A stretch of DNA of 57,954 nt, from assembly GCA_030426585.1 (NCBI GenBank), contig JAUHYH010000001.1, positions 1 to 57,954 on the forward strand. Direction: 5' to 3'. The stretch comes from Bacteriovoracia bacterium (GTDB taxonomy: Bacteria > Bdellovibrionota > Bacteriovoracia > Bacteriovoracales > Bacteriovoracaceae). Both the position numbers and the translations under genes were made by a program. Shown here in pieces: positions 20,250-30,128 of this stretch (the stretch's first letter is position 1; the number at the start of each line of letters is the position of its first letter). The notes beneath the pieces are model-generated. The model made no database searches. It was not told the origin of the DNA and saw only the letters and a program-made list of their open reading frames with translations.

Positions 20250-20489
20250 ATGAGAACTGTTGTCTTGGTATCCCGTTGTCTAAGAGTTGCTGGTGACTAT
20301 TACGAAATGCATTTTAGAGGTTGCTTGGAAGGTGAGGTTATTAAACTAGTGAGGCTTAAAACGTTGAAAAAGCTCCATGGGGGTGAGGATTATATTGTCT
20401 GGCTTGGGGTAGATAGGATCGAGCAAGGTGTTTTATGGGGAAAAGCCTATAAAATACGAAATCTTCTCGACCTCCGAGTAGATCTTTAA
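20250..20489 (+). CDS. Hypothetical 79-aa ORF (doubtful)
   Basis: Open frame only. No Shine-Dalgarno sequence and no recognisable motif. It fills an otherwise ~360-nt gap. Confidence 0.25.
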   Translation: MRTVVLVSRCLRVAGDYYEMHFRGCLEGEVIKLVRLKTLKKLHGGEDYIVWLGVDRIEQGVLWGKAYKIRNLLDLRVDL

Positions 20490-20875
20490 TCGACCTTAAC
20501 GTTAACGTGATCACCTATCATTAAGGAGTTTACCTCAAAGAAGGTCGGGAGTTTGTCAGCATTATTGGCTGAAAGTTCTGCGATAGCGTGATTCTTCTCA
20601 GAGTGAATGACCTTTATCTGTCCAATTTTCACTTTGTAGTTAATTCGTTCCTGTCTTTCTTTGCTAAAAGGATTTGTCCTAGAAATCAGTCGATAAACAG
20701 AGAGTTCAGTTCCGGGTTCGATTCCTTGAGAACTTCCTATATTTACGTAATAGTTCTTCTTAAGGATTTCGTTCTCAAGGCCCATAGGGAATTCTTGAGA
20801 GATGCTATAGATCATGTAATTTTCGGCATAAAGAGATGTCGAAAATAATGTCATAAAGATTAAAAGAGTTTTCAT
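20486..20875 (-). CDS. Hypothetical small exported protein
   Basis: Signal peptide MKTLLIFMTLFSTSLYA. The start is taken at the second Met of the ORF 20486..20893. Confidence 0.5.
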   Translation of the reverse strand: MKTLLIFMTLFSTSLYAENYMIYSISQEFPMGLENEILKKNYYVNIGSSQGIEPGTELSVYRLISRTNPFSKERQERINYKVKIGQIKVIHSEKNHAIAELSANNADKLPTFFEVNSLMIGDHVNVKVD

Positions 20876-20979
20876 GCAGGACTCCTTACACATTTGCTAT
20901 AGAACTATTCGGATGTTCAGGCGGAAAATCTTACCCTCTAAATAACTAGGCAATATCTTCCGGTGGACAGCAATGTCGG

Positions 20980-22632
20980 CTACTTAGAGTCTTGAATTTC
21001 AAAGTATTTGTGAGAGTTGTTGACTAAAGAAGACGGTTTATAGTTTTTGATTTTGTTGTGGTGGAGCATATAGGATTGGGAATAAAACTGCATAATCCAA
21101 ACAACATCACCCAACACTTTTTTCTCAATTTCAGTCATGAGGATCTTTTTTTCAAGATTGTTTTCCAATATTGAAACCTTTTGAATCAACTTATCAACTT
21201 CAGGATTATTGTAATATGAGGAATTTATCCCAGGAGGGTGATTTTCGGAATAAAGTAACTGGAGAATATTTTCACTATCTGGATAATCGAGAGCCCAACC
21301 ATCTTGCCAAAATTGTAATTCACCTTTCTTGGCCTTCTGTAAAAAAGTCGGAAAATTATTAGCAATAACCTTGATATTGATTCCAATTTTAGCAAGTTCA
21401 GCCTTGATGAACTCTGCCCTCTTTAATGTGGAATTATCATTGCTTCGAGTATCAAAATTGAGAACGGGTAGTCCCTTTCCATTGGGATAGCCGGCATCTT
21501 TTAAATATTTTTTCGCTTTTTCAATATTATAACTATAGGGAAGTTCAGAATTTTTATCATAGCCATAAACAGAAGGGTGATAGATTGAATTAGCTTTAAT
21601 TCCCGTATTATTAGTGAATTTTTCGATAAAGCGTGGCTGGTTGGTAGCATGAGCAATGGCAAGACGAAGATTCTTATTTGAACCAACGATTTTATTTTGC
21701 ATATTAAAAGAGATCCACCAATAGGTCATGCTTGGTGTCTTTTTGAGTTCAAAACCCTTGTCTTTAAATTCTTCTTTTAGATTACCATCTTTATCAAGCG
21801 CCACATTAAAGTGCTCAGTTGTCATTCCAAAAAAATCTACCTTATTCTTTAAAAAATTGAGCCAACGAGTTTGAGCTTCTTTCATAATCGGGTATTCAAT
21901 GACTGAAGTTTTTGGAAGATCCGAATTATGATATTTCTTAAAATGAGAAATTTTTATTTTATGAGAACGTTGAATCTTTTCTAGATAATAAGGTCCTGTT
22001 CCAACTTCTTCGTTTGTTAAATTATTATTTAAACCAATGACAACTTCCTCAGGAATAGGAGTTACAAAAGCCATTGTTAGCGCGTAAATCATTTGTGGGT
22101 AGGGCTTTAAAAGCTCAATGCTGAAAGTTTGATCATCGATGACTTTAATCCCTTCAATAGGAATTTCAAGCATTTTACCGAGATCTTCTCCTGCTTCTTC
22201 GCGAAATTGATTTATCCCTTTAACCTTCCCGTCAAATAACCAAAACCCTTGGCCTTTTGTTGGGAGAAAAGCGAGCCTTTTAATTTGTGTAATAAAGTCC
22301 TGAGCTTTAACAATTCGATCTTTGTCTGTGATCAAGGGATGAGGATGATATTTAATCCCTTTTTTTATTTTGATGGTATAAATTAACTGATCTTCTGAAA
22401 CTTTTGGCATTGATTCAGCTAACAAGGGAATGATTTTAGTAGGGTTGTTATAATCGTATTGATAGAGAGTTTCATAAATCTGATAAACCACCTGAAGAGA
22501 AACACTATCAAAAGCGACAGCAGGGTCGAGTGAGGAAATATCACTCGATAAAGGTAAAACAATTGTTTCTTTATTTACTTCGTTTTTGGTACAGGAAAAG
22601 AAGAGCAGAAGTAAAAGAAGAATGTATTTCAA
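20980..22632 (-). CDS. ABC transporter substrate-binding lipoprotein, family 5 (peptide/nickel/opine type)
   Basis: Lipobox LLLFFSC. SLDPAVAFDSVSLQVVYQIYETLYQYD is the family-5 SBP N-terminal pattern. 550 aa. The start is 1 nt after the alaS stop. Confidence 0.8.
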   Translation of the reverse strand: MKYILLLLLLFFSCTKNEVNKETIVLPLSSDISSLDPAVAFDSVSLQVVYQIYETLYQYDYNNPTKIIPLLAESMPKVSEDQLIYTIKIKKGIKYHPHPLITDKDRIVKAQDFITQIKRLAFLPTKGQGFWLFDGKVKGINQFREEAGEDLGKMLEIPIEGIKVIDDQTFSIELLKPYPQMIYALTMAFVTPIPEEVVIGLNNNLTNEEVGTGPYYLEKIQRSHKIKISHFKKYHNSDLPKTSVIEYPIMKEAQTRWLNFLKNKVDFFGMTTEHFNVALDKDGNLKEEFKDKGFELKKTPSMTYWWISFNMQNKIVGSNKNLRLAIAHATNQPRFIEKFTNNTGIKANSIYHPSVYGYDKNSELPYSYNIEKAKKYLKDAGYPNGKGLPVLNFDTRSNDNSTLKRAEFIKAELAKIGINIKVIANNFPTFLQKAKKGELQFWQDGWALDYPDSENILQLLYSENHPPGINSSYYNNPEVDKLIQKVSILENNLEKKILMTEIEKKVLGDVVWIMQFYSQSYMLHHNKIKNYKPSSLVNNSHKYFEIQDSK

Positions 22633-22633
22633 T

Positions 22634-25390
22634 TTAAAGTTCCTGTTTAAGGTGTTCGAGAAAAGTATTAAAGTCTTTAGAATTTGCAGACCCTTGTGTC
22701 ATGTCAGGTTTTCCTCCCCCACGGCCTTCAATTTTAGAGAAGATATCTTTTGTTAGGGTAGAAAGATTAATGTTTTTATTTGATTTATTTGTTCTTAGAA
22801 TAAAGGCAAATTTATCATCTGTATTCGTATAGAGAAAAAGAACATCTTTAGGCTGCTTATCAATAAAATTATCAGAAACTTTTCTCAACTCTTTTGGAGA
22901 ACTTTCTGTTTCTGTAACAAAGAGATTACATGATTTGAGCTGAATCGGATCAACAAAGAGATCAGCACTTTCAGAAGACCTTTTTTGGTCTTTTAAAGAA
23001 GTATTAATTTTTGAAAGAGTTTTTTTGAGTTTTATAAATCCTTTAACTTTTTCAATAGCATTCTTAGTTGAGTCATCCTTTAGTTTACTAACAAGACTTT
23101 CGGACTTTTTTAAACCAAGTTCTGATTCGAGATTGCTGTTTTCTTTTTCAATTTTTAAAAGGTCATCGATGATTCCTTGTAAGCGAACTGGAACTTCATT
23201 GGGGCTAGTACTTAACGCTTTTGCAAGCTGACTAACTTCATTACCGTTAGAATCAGATTTTTTGGCATTAGTAATCTGATTGACTTGATTTAAGATTTCA
23301 TCGAGTTCAGAAAGATAGTTCTTAGCTTTCTCGCCAGTATAAGCAATCAGTCTTCTTACTCCAGCGGCAAGAGCGGACTCTGTATAAACTTTAAAGAGAT
23401 CAATATCAGAAGTATTGTTAACGTGAGTTCCACCACAAAGTTCAGTTGAGAAGCCACCCATTTGAATAACTCTAACCTCGTCTCCGTACTTTTCACCGAA
23501 AAGGGCCATCGCACCTTGTTTAACGGCTTCATCTTTATTCATGATTTGATCTTTAACGGGAAGAGCTGCTCTAATTTCTTGATTAACAAGTTCTTCAGTT
23601 TCAGAAATTTCTTTCTCACTGAGTCCGGAGTCATGAGTGAAGTCAAAACGAAGCATTTCTTCATTAACATATGAACCGGCTTGTTTAATATGAGGTCCTA
23701 AAATTTTAATTAAGGCTGCCTGTAAAAGGTGAGTTGCGGAATGATTTTTAATTGTTTGGTTTCGGAGCTTTTCATTTACTTCCAAAGAGTATGATTTACC
23801 GACTTCTAGTTCGTCAGCATTTTCAACAAGGTGAACATGGAAATCATCAATTGGCTTTTGTGTATCAAGAACTTCAACAGTGCCATTGATCGTCCCCTTG
23901 TCTCCAACTTGCCCTCCGGACTCACCGTAGAAGGGAGTCTTATCAAAAACGAGGGCATAACCATCTCCGAACTTTTCTTTTGCAAGTAAAGTTCCTTGAT
24001 CCTTTAAAGTTTTATAACCCGTAAAGCTAGTTTCGCCATGTTTCTCTTTGATGGCATAAAAAACCTCGAGGTCACTGGCATCAGCATGAAACTTTTGATG
24101 TTTCTTTGATTGCTCTACTCGTTCATTCATGAGTTTTTCAAAACCATCACTATCAACGGAGATTCCTTTTTCTTTAAGGATTGTCTCGGTCAAGTCGAGT
24201 GGAAATCCATAGGTATCGTAAAGTTTAAAAGCCACTTCTCCAGGCAGATTTTTTGATTTTAATTCCTCGATGCTTTCATTGAGAATTTTTAAACCATTAT
24301 TAAGCGTTGCTCTAAATTTATCTTCTTCTTGTTTTAAAGATTTTTCAGCAAGTGCTTGGTTTGCTTTGTTTTCAGCATACTCTTCGCCAAGAGTTTCAAA
24401 AACGGTTGGGACAAGTTTATAAAGGGAAGACCTTGTTAAGCCAAGTTCATTTGCATGGCGAACGGCCCTTCGTATAATTCTTCTAAGAACATAACCACGC
24501 CCTTCATTGGATGGCATTGCTCCATCAGTGATTAACATAGTGGCAGAACGCAAATGATCACCAATAACTCGAAAACTATTAACATATTGTGGATCTGAAT
24601 ATTTCTTTCCAGAGAGTTCTTCTAACTTTTTAAAAAGTGCAGTGAAAAGATCAGTATCATAGTTCCAATAAAATTTTTGCATGACGGCTGCGAGACGTTC
24701 GAGGCCGGCACCAGTATCAACACTTGGCTTAGGAAGGTTCGTTCGGGTTCCATCCTTATGTTTTTCAAATTGCATGAAAACGAGGTTCCACACTTCGACA
24801 CATCTTTCTTCATCTTTCATGGGGTGATCAAAATTTCCAGAAGCGTACTTTTCACCGTGATCATAAAAAATTTCGCTACAAGGACCACAAGGTCCTGTTT
24901 CTCCCATTTCCCAAAAATTATCTTTGTCTCCCATTTTAAAAATTCGATCAGCCGGAACTCCTTGTTCTTTTATCCAAAGCTCTTTGGCCTCATCATCTGA
25001 ATCATGAACAGTGACATAAAGTTTATCTTTAGGAATTTTGAGTTCTTCTGTTAAAAACTTCCAAGCAAGAGCAATCGCTTCACTTTTAAAATAATCTCCG
25101 AAAGAGAAATTACCGAGCATTTCAAAAAAAGTGTGATGCCTGGCTGTAAAACCAACATTTTCTAAATCGTTATGTTTCCCACCGGCCCGAACACATTTTT
25201 GAACAGTCACTGCCCTGGGAAAGGGAGGAACCTCTCGGCCAGTAAAGTAATCTTTGAATTGATTCATTCCAGCATTGGCAAAAAGCAGAGTAGGATCGTT
25301 GTGGGGAATTAGCGAAGAAGATGAGACTTTGGTGTGCCCATTTTTTTCAAAAAATTCAATAAATTTGCTACGAATTTCGTCAGCTCTCAT
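22634..25390 (-). CDS. alaS: Alanine--tRNA ligase
   Basis: MRADEIRSKFIEFFEKNGH, FANAGMNQFK, the editing-domain motif HSATHLL..CGGTHV, and a C-terminal GGGKPDMTQG (DHHA1) are present. The start is taken at the Met of MRADEIR (ORF-track Met at 25432 rejected). Confidence 0.95.
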   Translation of the reverse strand: MRADEIRSKFIEFFEKNGHTKVSSSSLIPHNDPTLLFANAGMNQFKDYFTGREVPPFPRAVTVQKCVRAGGKHNDLENVGFTARHHTFFEMLGNFSFGDYFKSEAIALAWKFLTEELKIPKDKLYVTVHDSDDEAKELWIKEQGVPADRIFKMGDKDNFWEMGETGPCGPCSEIFYDHGEKYASGNFDHPMKDEERCVEVWNLVFMQFEKHKDGTRTNLPKPSVDTGAGLERLAAVMQKFYWNYDTDLFTALFKKLEELSGKKYSDPQYVNSFRVIGDHLRSATMLITDGAMPSNEGRGYVLRRIIRRAVRHANELGLTRSSLYKLVPTVFETLGEEYAENKANQALAEKSLKQEEDKFRATLNNGLKILNESIEELKSKNLPGEVAFKLYDTYGFPLDLTETILKEKGISVDSDGFEKLMNERVEQSKKHQKFHADASDLEVFYAIKEKHGETSFTGYKTLKDQGTLLAKEKFGDGYALVFDKTPFYGESGGQVGDKGTINGTVEVLDTQKPIDDFHVHLVENADELEVGKSYSLEVNEKLRNQTIKNHSATHLLQAALIKILGPHIKQAGSYVNEEMLRFDFTHDSGLSEKEISETEELVNQEIRAALPVKDQIMNKDEAVKQGAMALFGEKYGDEVRVIQMGGFSTELCGGTHVNNTSDIDLFKVYTESALAAGVRRLIAYTGEKAKNYLSELDEILNQVNQITNAKKSDSNGNEVSQLAKALSTSPNEVPVRLQGIIDDLLKIEKENSNLESELGLKKSESLVSKLKDDSTKNAIEKVKGFIKLKKTLSKINTSLKDQKRSSESADLFVDPIQLKSCNLFVTETESSPKELRKVSDNFIDKQPKDVLFLYTNTDDKFAFILRTNKSNKNINLSTLTKDIFSKIEGRGGGKPDMTQGSANSKDFNTFLEHLKQEL

Positions 25391-25859
25391 TGCTACTCTC
25401 TTTAGGTAAATACTGTTCAATATTTTGTACAATATAGCCCTTGGAGAGTAAATGCCTGGAAAGCTTTGAATAGAGCTTAAAGCGCTTTTCTGAGTCTAAT
25501 TCGTTGATTTGAATGTTATTGAACAAGAGTTTTTTGTGAATATGCTCTTTAATCATTTCAGGGATTGATAATCCGAGATCTTCATAAGTCTGATGGATCA
25601 ATTGCTCAGTAATAGGCAATTTTTCCTCTTCGCATTTCTGTAAAATATATTGAGGACCCTTCTTGTTTCTTGCGTAGTGTCTAACTCTACCTTCGAGATA
25701 GTTTTGGTCATTAAGGTATTTTTGCTTATGAAGTTTTTCGATTGTTTCGTCAACATCAGAGGGCTCAAAGCCTTTTTCTAGCAATTTTTGAGACATCTTA
25801 AAAGTTGAATAATCCCGTCTTACTAAAAGTTTCAGAGAGCTTGAATAGCAGTCTTTCAT
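25380..25859 (-). CDS. recX: Recombination regulator RecX
   Basis: 159 aa of three-helix repeat type (LKLLVRRDYSTFKMSQKLLEKGF...YLNDQNYLEG). It sits directly upstream of alaS and overlaps it by 11 nt, which is the conserved recX-alaS position. Confidence 0.75.
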   Translation of the reverse strand: MKDCYSSSLKLLVRRDYSTFKMSQKLLEKGFEPSDVDETIEKLHKQKYLNDQNYLEGRVRHYARNKKGPQYILQKCEEEKLPITEQLIHQTYEDLGLSIPEMIKEHIHKKLLFNNIQINELDSEKRFKLYSKLSRHLLSKGYIVQNIEQYLPKESSNES

Positions 25860-25974
25860 ACTCTTCTATTAAACTGAATCCTTTGTATTTAGCCAAATTT
25901 TTTAGACTTAAATCTAGATTTTTGTCATAATGGAACGCATCTAAAAGAAATTGCTCAGTGTTCAAGGAGGATAT

Positions 25975-26424
25975 ATGAGAATCATTACAGCAGTTATCGC
26001 TCTCACTTTATTTGTATCAACACCAGCTTTCTCCGAAGGAAAAAAGAGAAAGATGAGAGGTGGGAAGTATGGACCAGCAGGTTGTGGTCTTGGAGCTACA
26101 CTTCTAAAAGGTAAAAAAGGACTCATGTTCAACGTTTTAGCGGCGACTTTAAACGGAACAGGTTTTCAAACTTTTGCAATGTCTACAGGAACTCTTGGAT
26201 GTAAGGGAGATTCACGTGTAGCAGCTGTTAACTTTATCGAAACAAACAAGGTTTTCCTTGCGAATGATATCGCTAAAGGTGAAGGTGAAACTGTTAATGC
26301 ATTTCTTGATCTAATCAATGAAGATGCAGACTCAATTGCAACTTTACGAACAAACTATGATGAAATTTTCGCTAAAGATTCTAGCTCTGAAGAAATTTGG
26401 AACAGAATCGATACTCTTCTCTAA
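25975..26424 (+). CDS. Exported DUF3015-like protein
   Basis: Signal peptide MRIITAVIALTLFVSTPAFS. GPAGCGLGATLL...GTLGC resembles the DUF3015 family as I remember it. Confidence 0.5.
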   Translation: MRIITAVIALTLFVSTPAFSEGKKRKMRGGKYGPAGCGLGATLLKGKKGLMFNVLAATLNGTGFQTFAMSTGTLGCKGDSRVAAVNFIETNKVFLANDIAKGEGETVNAFLDLINEDADSIATLRTNYDEIFAKDSSSEEIWNRIDTLL

Positions 26425-28183
26425 GAAAATTTTTATAAATTTTCTATTACTAATAGGGGGGCTAGGATTAGCCCCTCTTTTATTTGCACAAACAGAATTT
26501 TCTAAGTCTCGTGAATGGCTCCTTCTTAATAAATACCAACAGATTCTTTATAATACATATGAGAGCCAAATAGATGATCCTAATTTCTTTCTAAGTCCAA
26601 ATGGTAAAAAAAATCCAAGAGAAGAGTGGATAGCAACTTTTGAGCTGTTTAAAAAAGGTGAAGGCTACTGTCGTTTTCCCGCAAGGTTAATGCTTTTTCA
26701 AAAATTTGGTTATAAGTTCAAAACGAACTTCTCCCACTGTGAGAAGTATCGATATTTTCTTAAGCAAACGAATGTTAAAAAAGTTTGGATAGTTTTCGCT
26801 TCTTATTACGTAAACAATCCAGCATCAGCCTTTGGTCATACTTTTCTTCGTTTTCAGGCAAATGAGAAAAAGCCTTCAGATCTTTTAGATTTCACCTTGG
26901 ATTATTCAGCCGATGTTTCACCAAATGAAAATCCGATTGCGTATGGGGTTAAAGGTATTGTGGGTTCTTATTCAGCAACATATAAATTATTTCCTTATTA
27001 TTGGAAAGTTCGAGAGTATCGAGATGGGGAATCAAGAGATTTATGGGAATACGAATTAAAGCTAGACCCTAAACAGATAAAACTTTTGATGGCGCATTTA
27101 TGGGAGTTAAAAGCAGCCAAGAGTGACTACTTTTATTTTACAGAAAATTGTAGCTATCACATTCTCGGACTTATTCAAGCAGTCACACCCGATAAAAAAA
27201 TCTTAAAACCTTTACATAAAATCGTTGTTCCTATTGATACCTTGTTTGCACTAAAGGATGCCAAACTGTTAGGAGAAACAAGATTTAGACCATCAATATT
27301 TTCTAGGCTTGAGAAGCACTGGACCTCTTTAGATAAAAATCAAAAAGCGCAATTTGAAGGCTTAATGGAAGATTCGACGAAAATTTTTGAAGTGAAAGAT
27401 CAACAACTGTTTGATGCTTATATAGAGTACTATGATCGAAAGTATTACGATAAGCTTCTTGATGATAAGTCTCCTGAAAAAATTTTTAAAAATAAATTTT
27501 TAAGTAAAAGAACCAAACTTCCTGTAAATAAAACAAAGTTCAATTATGATCGAATTGCACCAACTAAAGGGCACCGATCAAGACGTTTTACGATTGGTTG
27601 GGATTCTGATGATAAATTTATGCTTCAGCATAAAGCAGCACTACATCAACTGATTGATCCAAGCTCGGGCTATGGAAAAAGTTTTCATATGGACATGGGA
27701 GAGATTCAACTAAAAATCAAAGATGATCCACAGATTCAACAAATGTCTTTGCTCAAAATAAAAGCCTATAAGCCGCTCACTCCTATTAATAAATCTTTAA
27801 GTTGGGATCTAGATATGCTGATGAGACGTGACCCACTCCAGGACTCGCTTCGAGGTATTATTAACTTTTCTGCTGGTGGAGCGTTTGATATTGCGAACTT
27901 TCTTGTGTATTTGGGGCTGACTGGAGAGTTTGAGAGTAGGAGAGGCTTATTCAGAAGAGGTGATACAGGAGTTGGCCCAAAGCTAAATTTAAAGTTCGAG
28001 TATGATAAGTTTATTTTTGTCGGAAAGTATCAAAACCTCAGCTTTTATGAACGAAAAGATGAAATTGAGCGAACCCAACTAGAATTTGGTTATCAAGTCG
28101 GAAAAAATTGGCTGACGCGACTGCGCTACGAGTTTTTTAACTCAGTGGAAGTTTCTGAATTTACTTTGTCTTACTATTTTTAA
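26357..28183 (+). CDS. DUF4105 / Lnb N-terminal periplasmic domain-like protein with a beta-barrel-like C-terminus
   Basis: NNPASAFGHTFLRF is the motif I associate with DUF4105. The C-terminus has alternating beta-strand-like segments ending ..FTLSYYF. The start is uncertain: there is no ATG after the upstream stop, so a start at 26357 overlaps the previous gene by 68 nt. Confidence 0.55.
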   Translation: MMKFSLKILALKKFGTESILFSKKIFINFLLLIGGLGLAPLLFAQTEFSKSREWLLLNKYQQILYNTYESQIDDPNFFLSPNGKKNPREEWIATFELFKKGEGYCRFPARLMLFQKFGYKFKTNFSHCEKYRYFLKQTNVKKVWIVFASYYVNNPASAFGHTFLRFQANEKKPSDLLDFTLDYSADVSPNENPIAYGVKGIVGSYSATYKLFPYYWKVREYRDGESRDLWEYELKLDPKQIKLLMAHLWELKAAKSDYFYFTENCSYHILGLIQAVTPDKKILKPLHKIVVPIDTLFALKDAKLLGETRFRPSIFSRLEKHWTSLDKNQKAQFEGLMEDSTKIFEVKDQQLFDAYIEYYDRKYYDKLLDDKSPEKIFKNKFLSKRTKLPVNKTKFNYDRIAPTKGHRSRRFTIGWDSDDKFMLQHKAALHQLIDPSSGYGKSFHMDMGEIQLKIKDDPQIQQMSLLKIKAYKPLTPINKSLSWDLDMLMRRDPLQDSLRGIINFSAGGAFDIANFLVYLGLTGEFESRRGLFRRGDTGVGPKLNLKFEYDKFIFVGKYQNLSFYERKDEIERTQLEFGYQVGKNWLTRLRYEFFNSVEVSEFTLSYYF

Positions 28184-28242
28184 ATTTTGCCGACCTCCTT
28201 CAAGACACAAGATCGTGGTATAACTAGAAGTCCGGAGGATCT

Positions 28243-28827
28243 ATGCCAAAATTTCTATTCCTGCTCTTGTTTATACTTAGTTGTTCCCAAGTCGAAGTAA
28301 AACAAACCTGTCTTTCAAAGTTTAATGAAATTGAAGAAAAGAGCTTTACGACGCTATCAGGAAGAGAACTTGCTAATCACGATAATTATTTGCGTCTAAC
28401 TGATCAGAGTTATGGAAAAAAACATTTCAAAGGAATTGAGAAAATTGAACAAGAGGATTCAACTTGCTTTCACGAATCGGAACAAAGTTTTGCTTTCTCT
28501 AAAGCCGTAATTGATAACATTGATCAATACCCTGCAAAAACAAGAGAGAAGATCTTTAAAGACCTTGTTCACTATGTAGAGTTTCGAGTGAACTCTAAAG
28601 ACAATTCACTTCAGCACAATCTATATCTTTACGGGCTGCTTAATAAGGCTACAAGGAAAGGTTATTTTCTCAAAAGTCGTAATCGAATTATTTTAAAAAT
28701 GCGCGAACTTGCGCAAAAATGGGATCAAATTAAAGGTGTTGAAGATCCGAAAGAGGCAAAACTTGAAAAAGAGATTCTTTATCAAGTTTCAAGAGGCCAT
28801 ATTTTAGAGATCTTAGAGCGGGGATAA
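28243..28827 (+). CDS. Hypothetical lipoprotein
   Basis: Lipobox LFILSC at residues 9-14. 194 aa. No recognised domain. Confidence 0.5.
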   Translation: MPKFLFLLLFILSCSQVEVKQTCLSKFNEIEEKSFTTLSGRELANHDNYLRLTDQSYGKKHFKGIEKIEQEDSTCFHESEQSFAFSKAVIDNIDQYPAKTREKIFKDLVHYVEFRVNSKDNSLQHNLYLYGLLNKATRKGYFLKSRNRIILKMRELAQKWDQIKGVEDPKEAKLEKEILYQVSRGHILEILERG

Positions 28828-28831
28828 AAAC

Positions 28832-28862
28832 CGGTGACCCATTCGAATCACCGGCTCTTTTA
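28832..28862. terminator. Bidirectional terminator between the lipoprotein gene (+) and recA (-)
   Basis: CCGGTGA-(10 nt)-TCACCGG stem with an A-run upstream and CTTTT downstream. Confidence 0.65.
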
Positions 28863-28863
28863 G

Positions 28864-29961
28864 TTATTGAAGCTTTTTCTTAGACTTCGTTGTCTTTTTC
28901 TTTGCCTCTTCCTTGGCTTCTTCATCAACTGCAGGAATGGCATCGTTTACTGTCATGAGGCCATATTTTTGAAGAACAAGATTCTTAATTTTTTCGAGAG
29001 TTTCAGGGTTTTCAGTTAAGAATTTTTTAGAGTTTTCACGGCCTTGACCAATCTTTTCATTTTCAAAAGAGAACCAAGCTCCAGCTTTTTGAACAATTTC
29101 TTCTTTTACAGCAAGGTCAAGAAGATCACCCGTAAACGAAATTCCCTCTCCGTACATAATATCGAATTCGACTTGTCTGAATGGAGGTGCAACTTTGTTT
29201 TTAACAACCTTAACTCTTGTTCGGTTACCAATTACATTATCGCCATCTTTGATAGCTGCAATTCTTCGGATGTCCATTCTTACTGAAGAGTAAAACTTAA
29301 GAGCATTACCACCAGTAGTCGTTTCTGGGTTACCAAACATGACACCAATTTTCATTCTTAATTGGTTAATGAAGATAACGGTACAGTTTGATCGTGAAAT
29401 TGACCCAGTAAGTTTTCTAAGTGCTTGTGACATAAGCCGTGCTTGAAGACCCATGTGTGCATCACCCATGTCCCCTTCAAGTTCTGCTCTTGGAGTAAGG
29501 GCCGCAACAGAGTCGATGATGAGAAGGTTAACAGCTCCAGAGCGAACGAGCATATCTGCAATTTCTAAGGCTTGCTCTCCACTATCTGGTTGAGAAATAA
29601 GGGTTGCTGGAACATCAACACCAAGCTTTGAAGCGTACTGAGGATCAAGCGCGTGCTCAGCATCGACGAAAGCGACTGTCCCACCACGCTTCTGGCATTC
29701 AGCTGCGATGTGAAGAGTAAGTGTTGTTTTACCTGAAGATTCAGGTCCATAAATTTCAATGATTCTTCCTTGCGGAATTCCTCCGATACCAAGTGCGATA
29801 TCGAGACCAAGAGATCCTGTTGGAATAGCAGCAACATTTCGGTTGGCTTCCTCACCAAGCTTCATAATTGAACCTTTACCGAATTGTTTTTCGATAGTGC
29901 TCAAAGCAAGGTCGAGTGCTTTTTTCTTTTCAGGTGTGTTTTCAAAAGTACTAAGTGCCAT
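28864..29961 (-). CDS. recA: Recombinase RecA
   Basis: [23 protein letters not shown], Walker [10 protein letters not shown] and IIDSVAAL are present. The start is at MALSTFEN, preceded by GAAGGAG. Confidence 0.97.
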   Translation of the reverse strand: MALSTFENTPEKKKALDLALSTIEKQFGKGSIMKLGEEANRNVAAIPTGSLGLDIALGIGGIPQGRIIEIYGPESSGKTTLTLHIAAECQKRGGTVAFVDAEHALDPQYASKLGVDVPATLISQPDSGEQALEIADMLVRSGAVNLLIIDSVAALTPRAELEGDMGDAHMGLQARLMSQALRKLTGSISRSNCTVIFINQLRMKIGVMFGNPETTTGGNALKFYSSVRMDIRRIAAIKDGDNVIGNRTRVKVVKNKVAPPFRQVEFDIMYGEGISFTGDLLDLAVKEEIVQKAGAWFSFENEKIGQGRENSKKFLTENPETLEKIKNLVLQKYGLMTVNDAIPAVDEEAKEEAKKKTTKSKKKLQ

Positions 29962-30128
29962 AATTTCTCCTTCTTTCAAAGTAGAGCTTTAAGGCGAAGA
30001 AAAGCTGCTATCTTCATTTAGGCTATAAGTTAACTGTTTAAAAATAACACCAGCACAGGGCCGATGCAATCTATATAAACTATGCAAAGGGAGACAAAAA
30101 AATGACAAAACTAACAGTTGGAAAATAC

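Noticed and set aside
29962-30128. LexA/SOS box upstream of recA
   Set aside because: I saw no CTGT-N8-ACAG and no TTAC-N3-GTAA (the motif reported for Bdellovibrio LexA). There is only an 8-bp AGTTAACT palindrome, which is too short and AT-rich to interpret.
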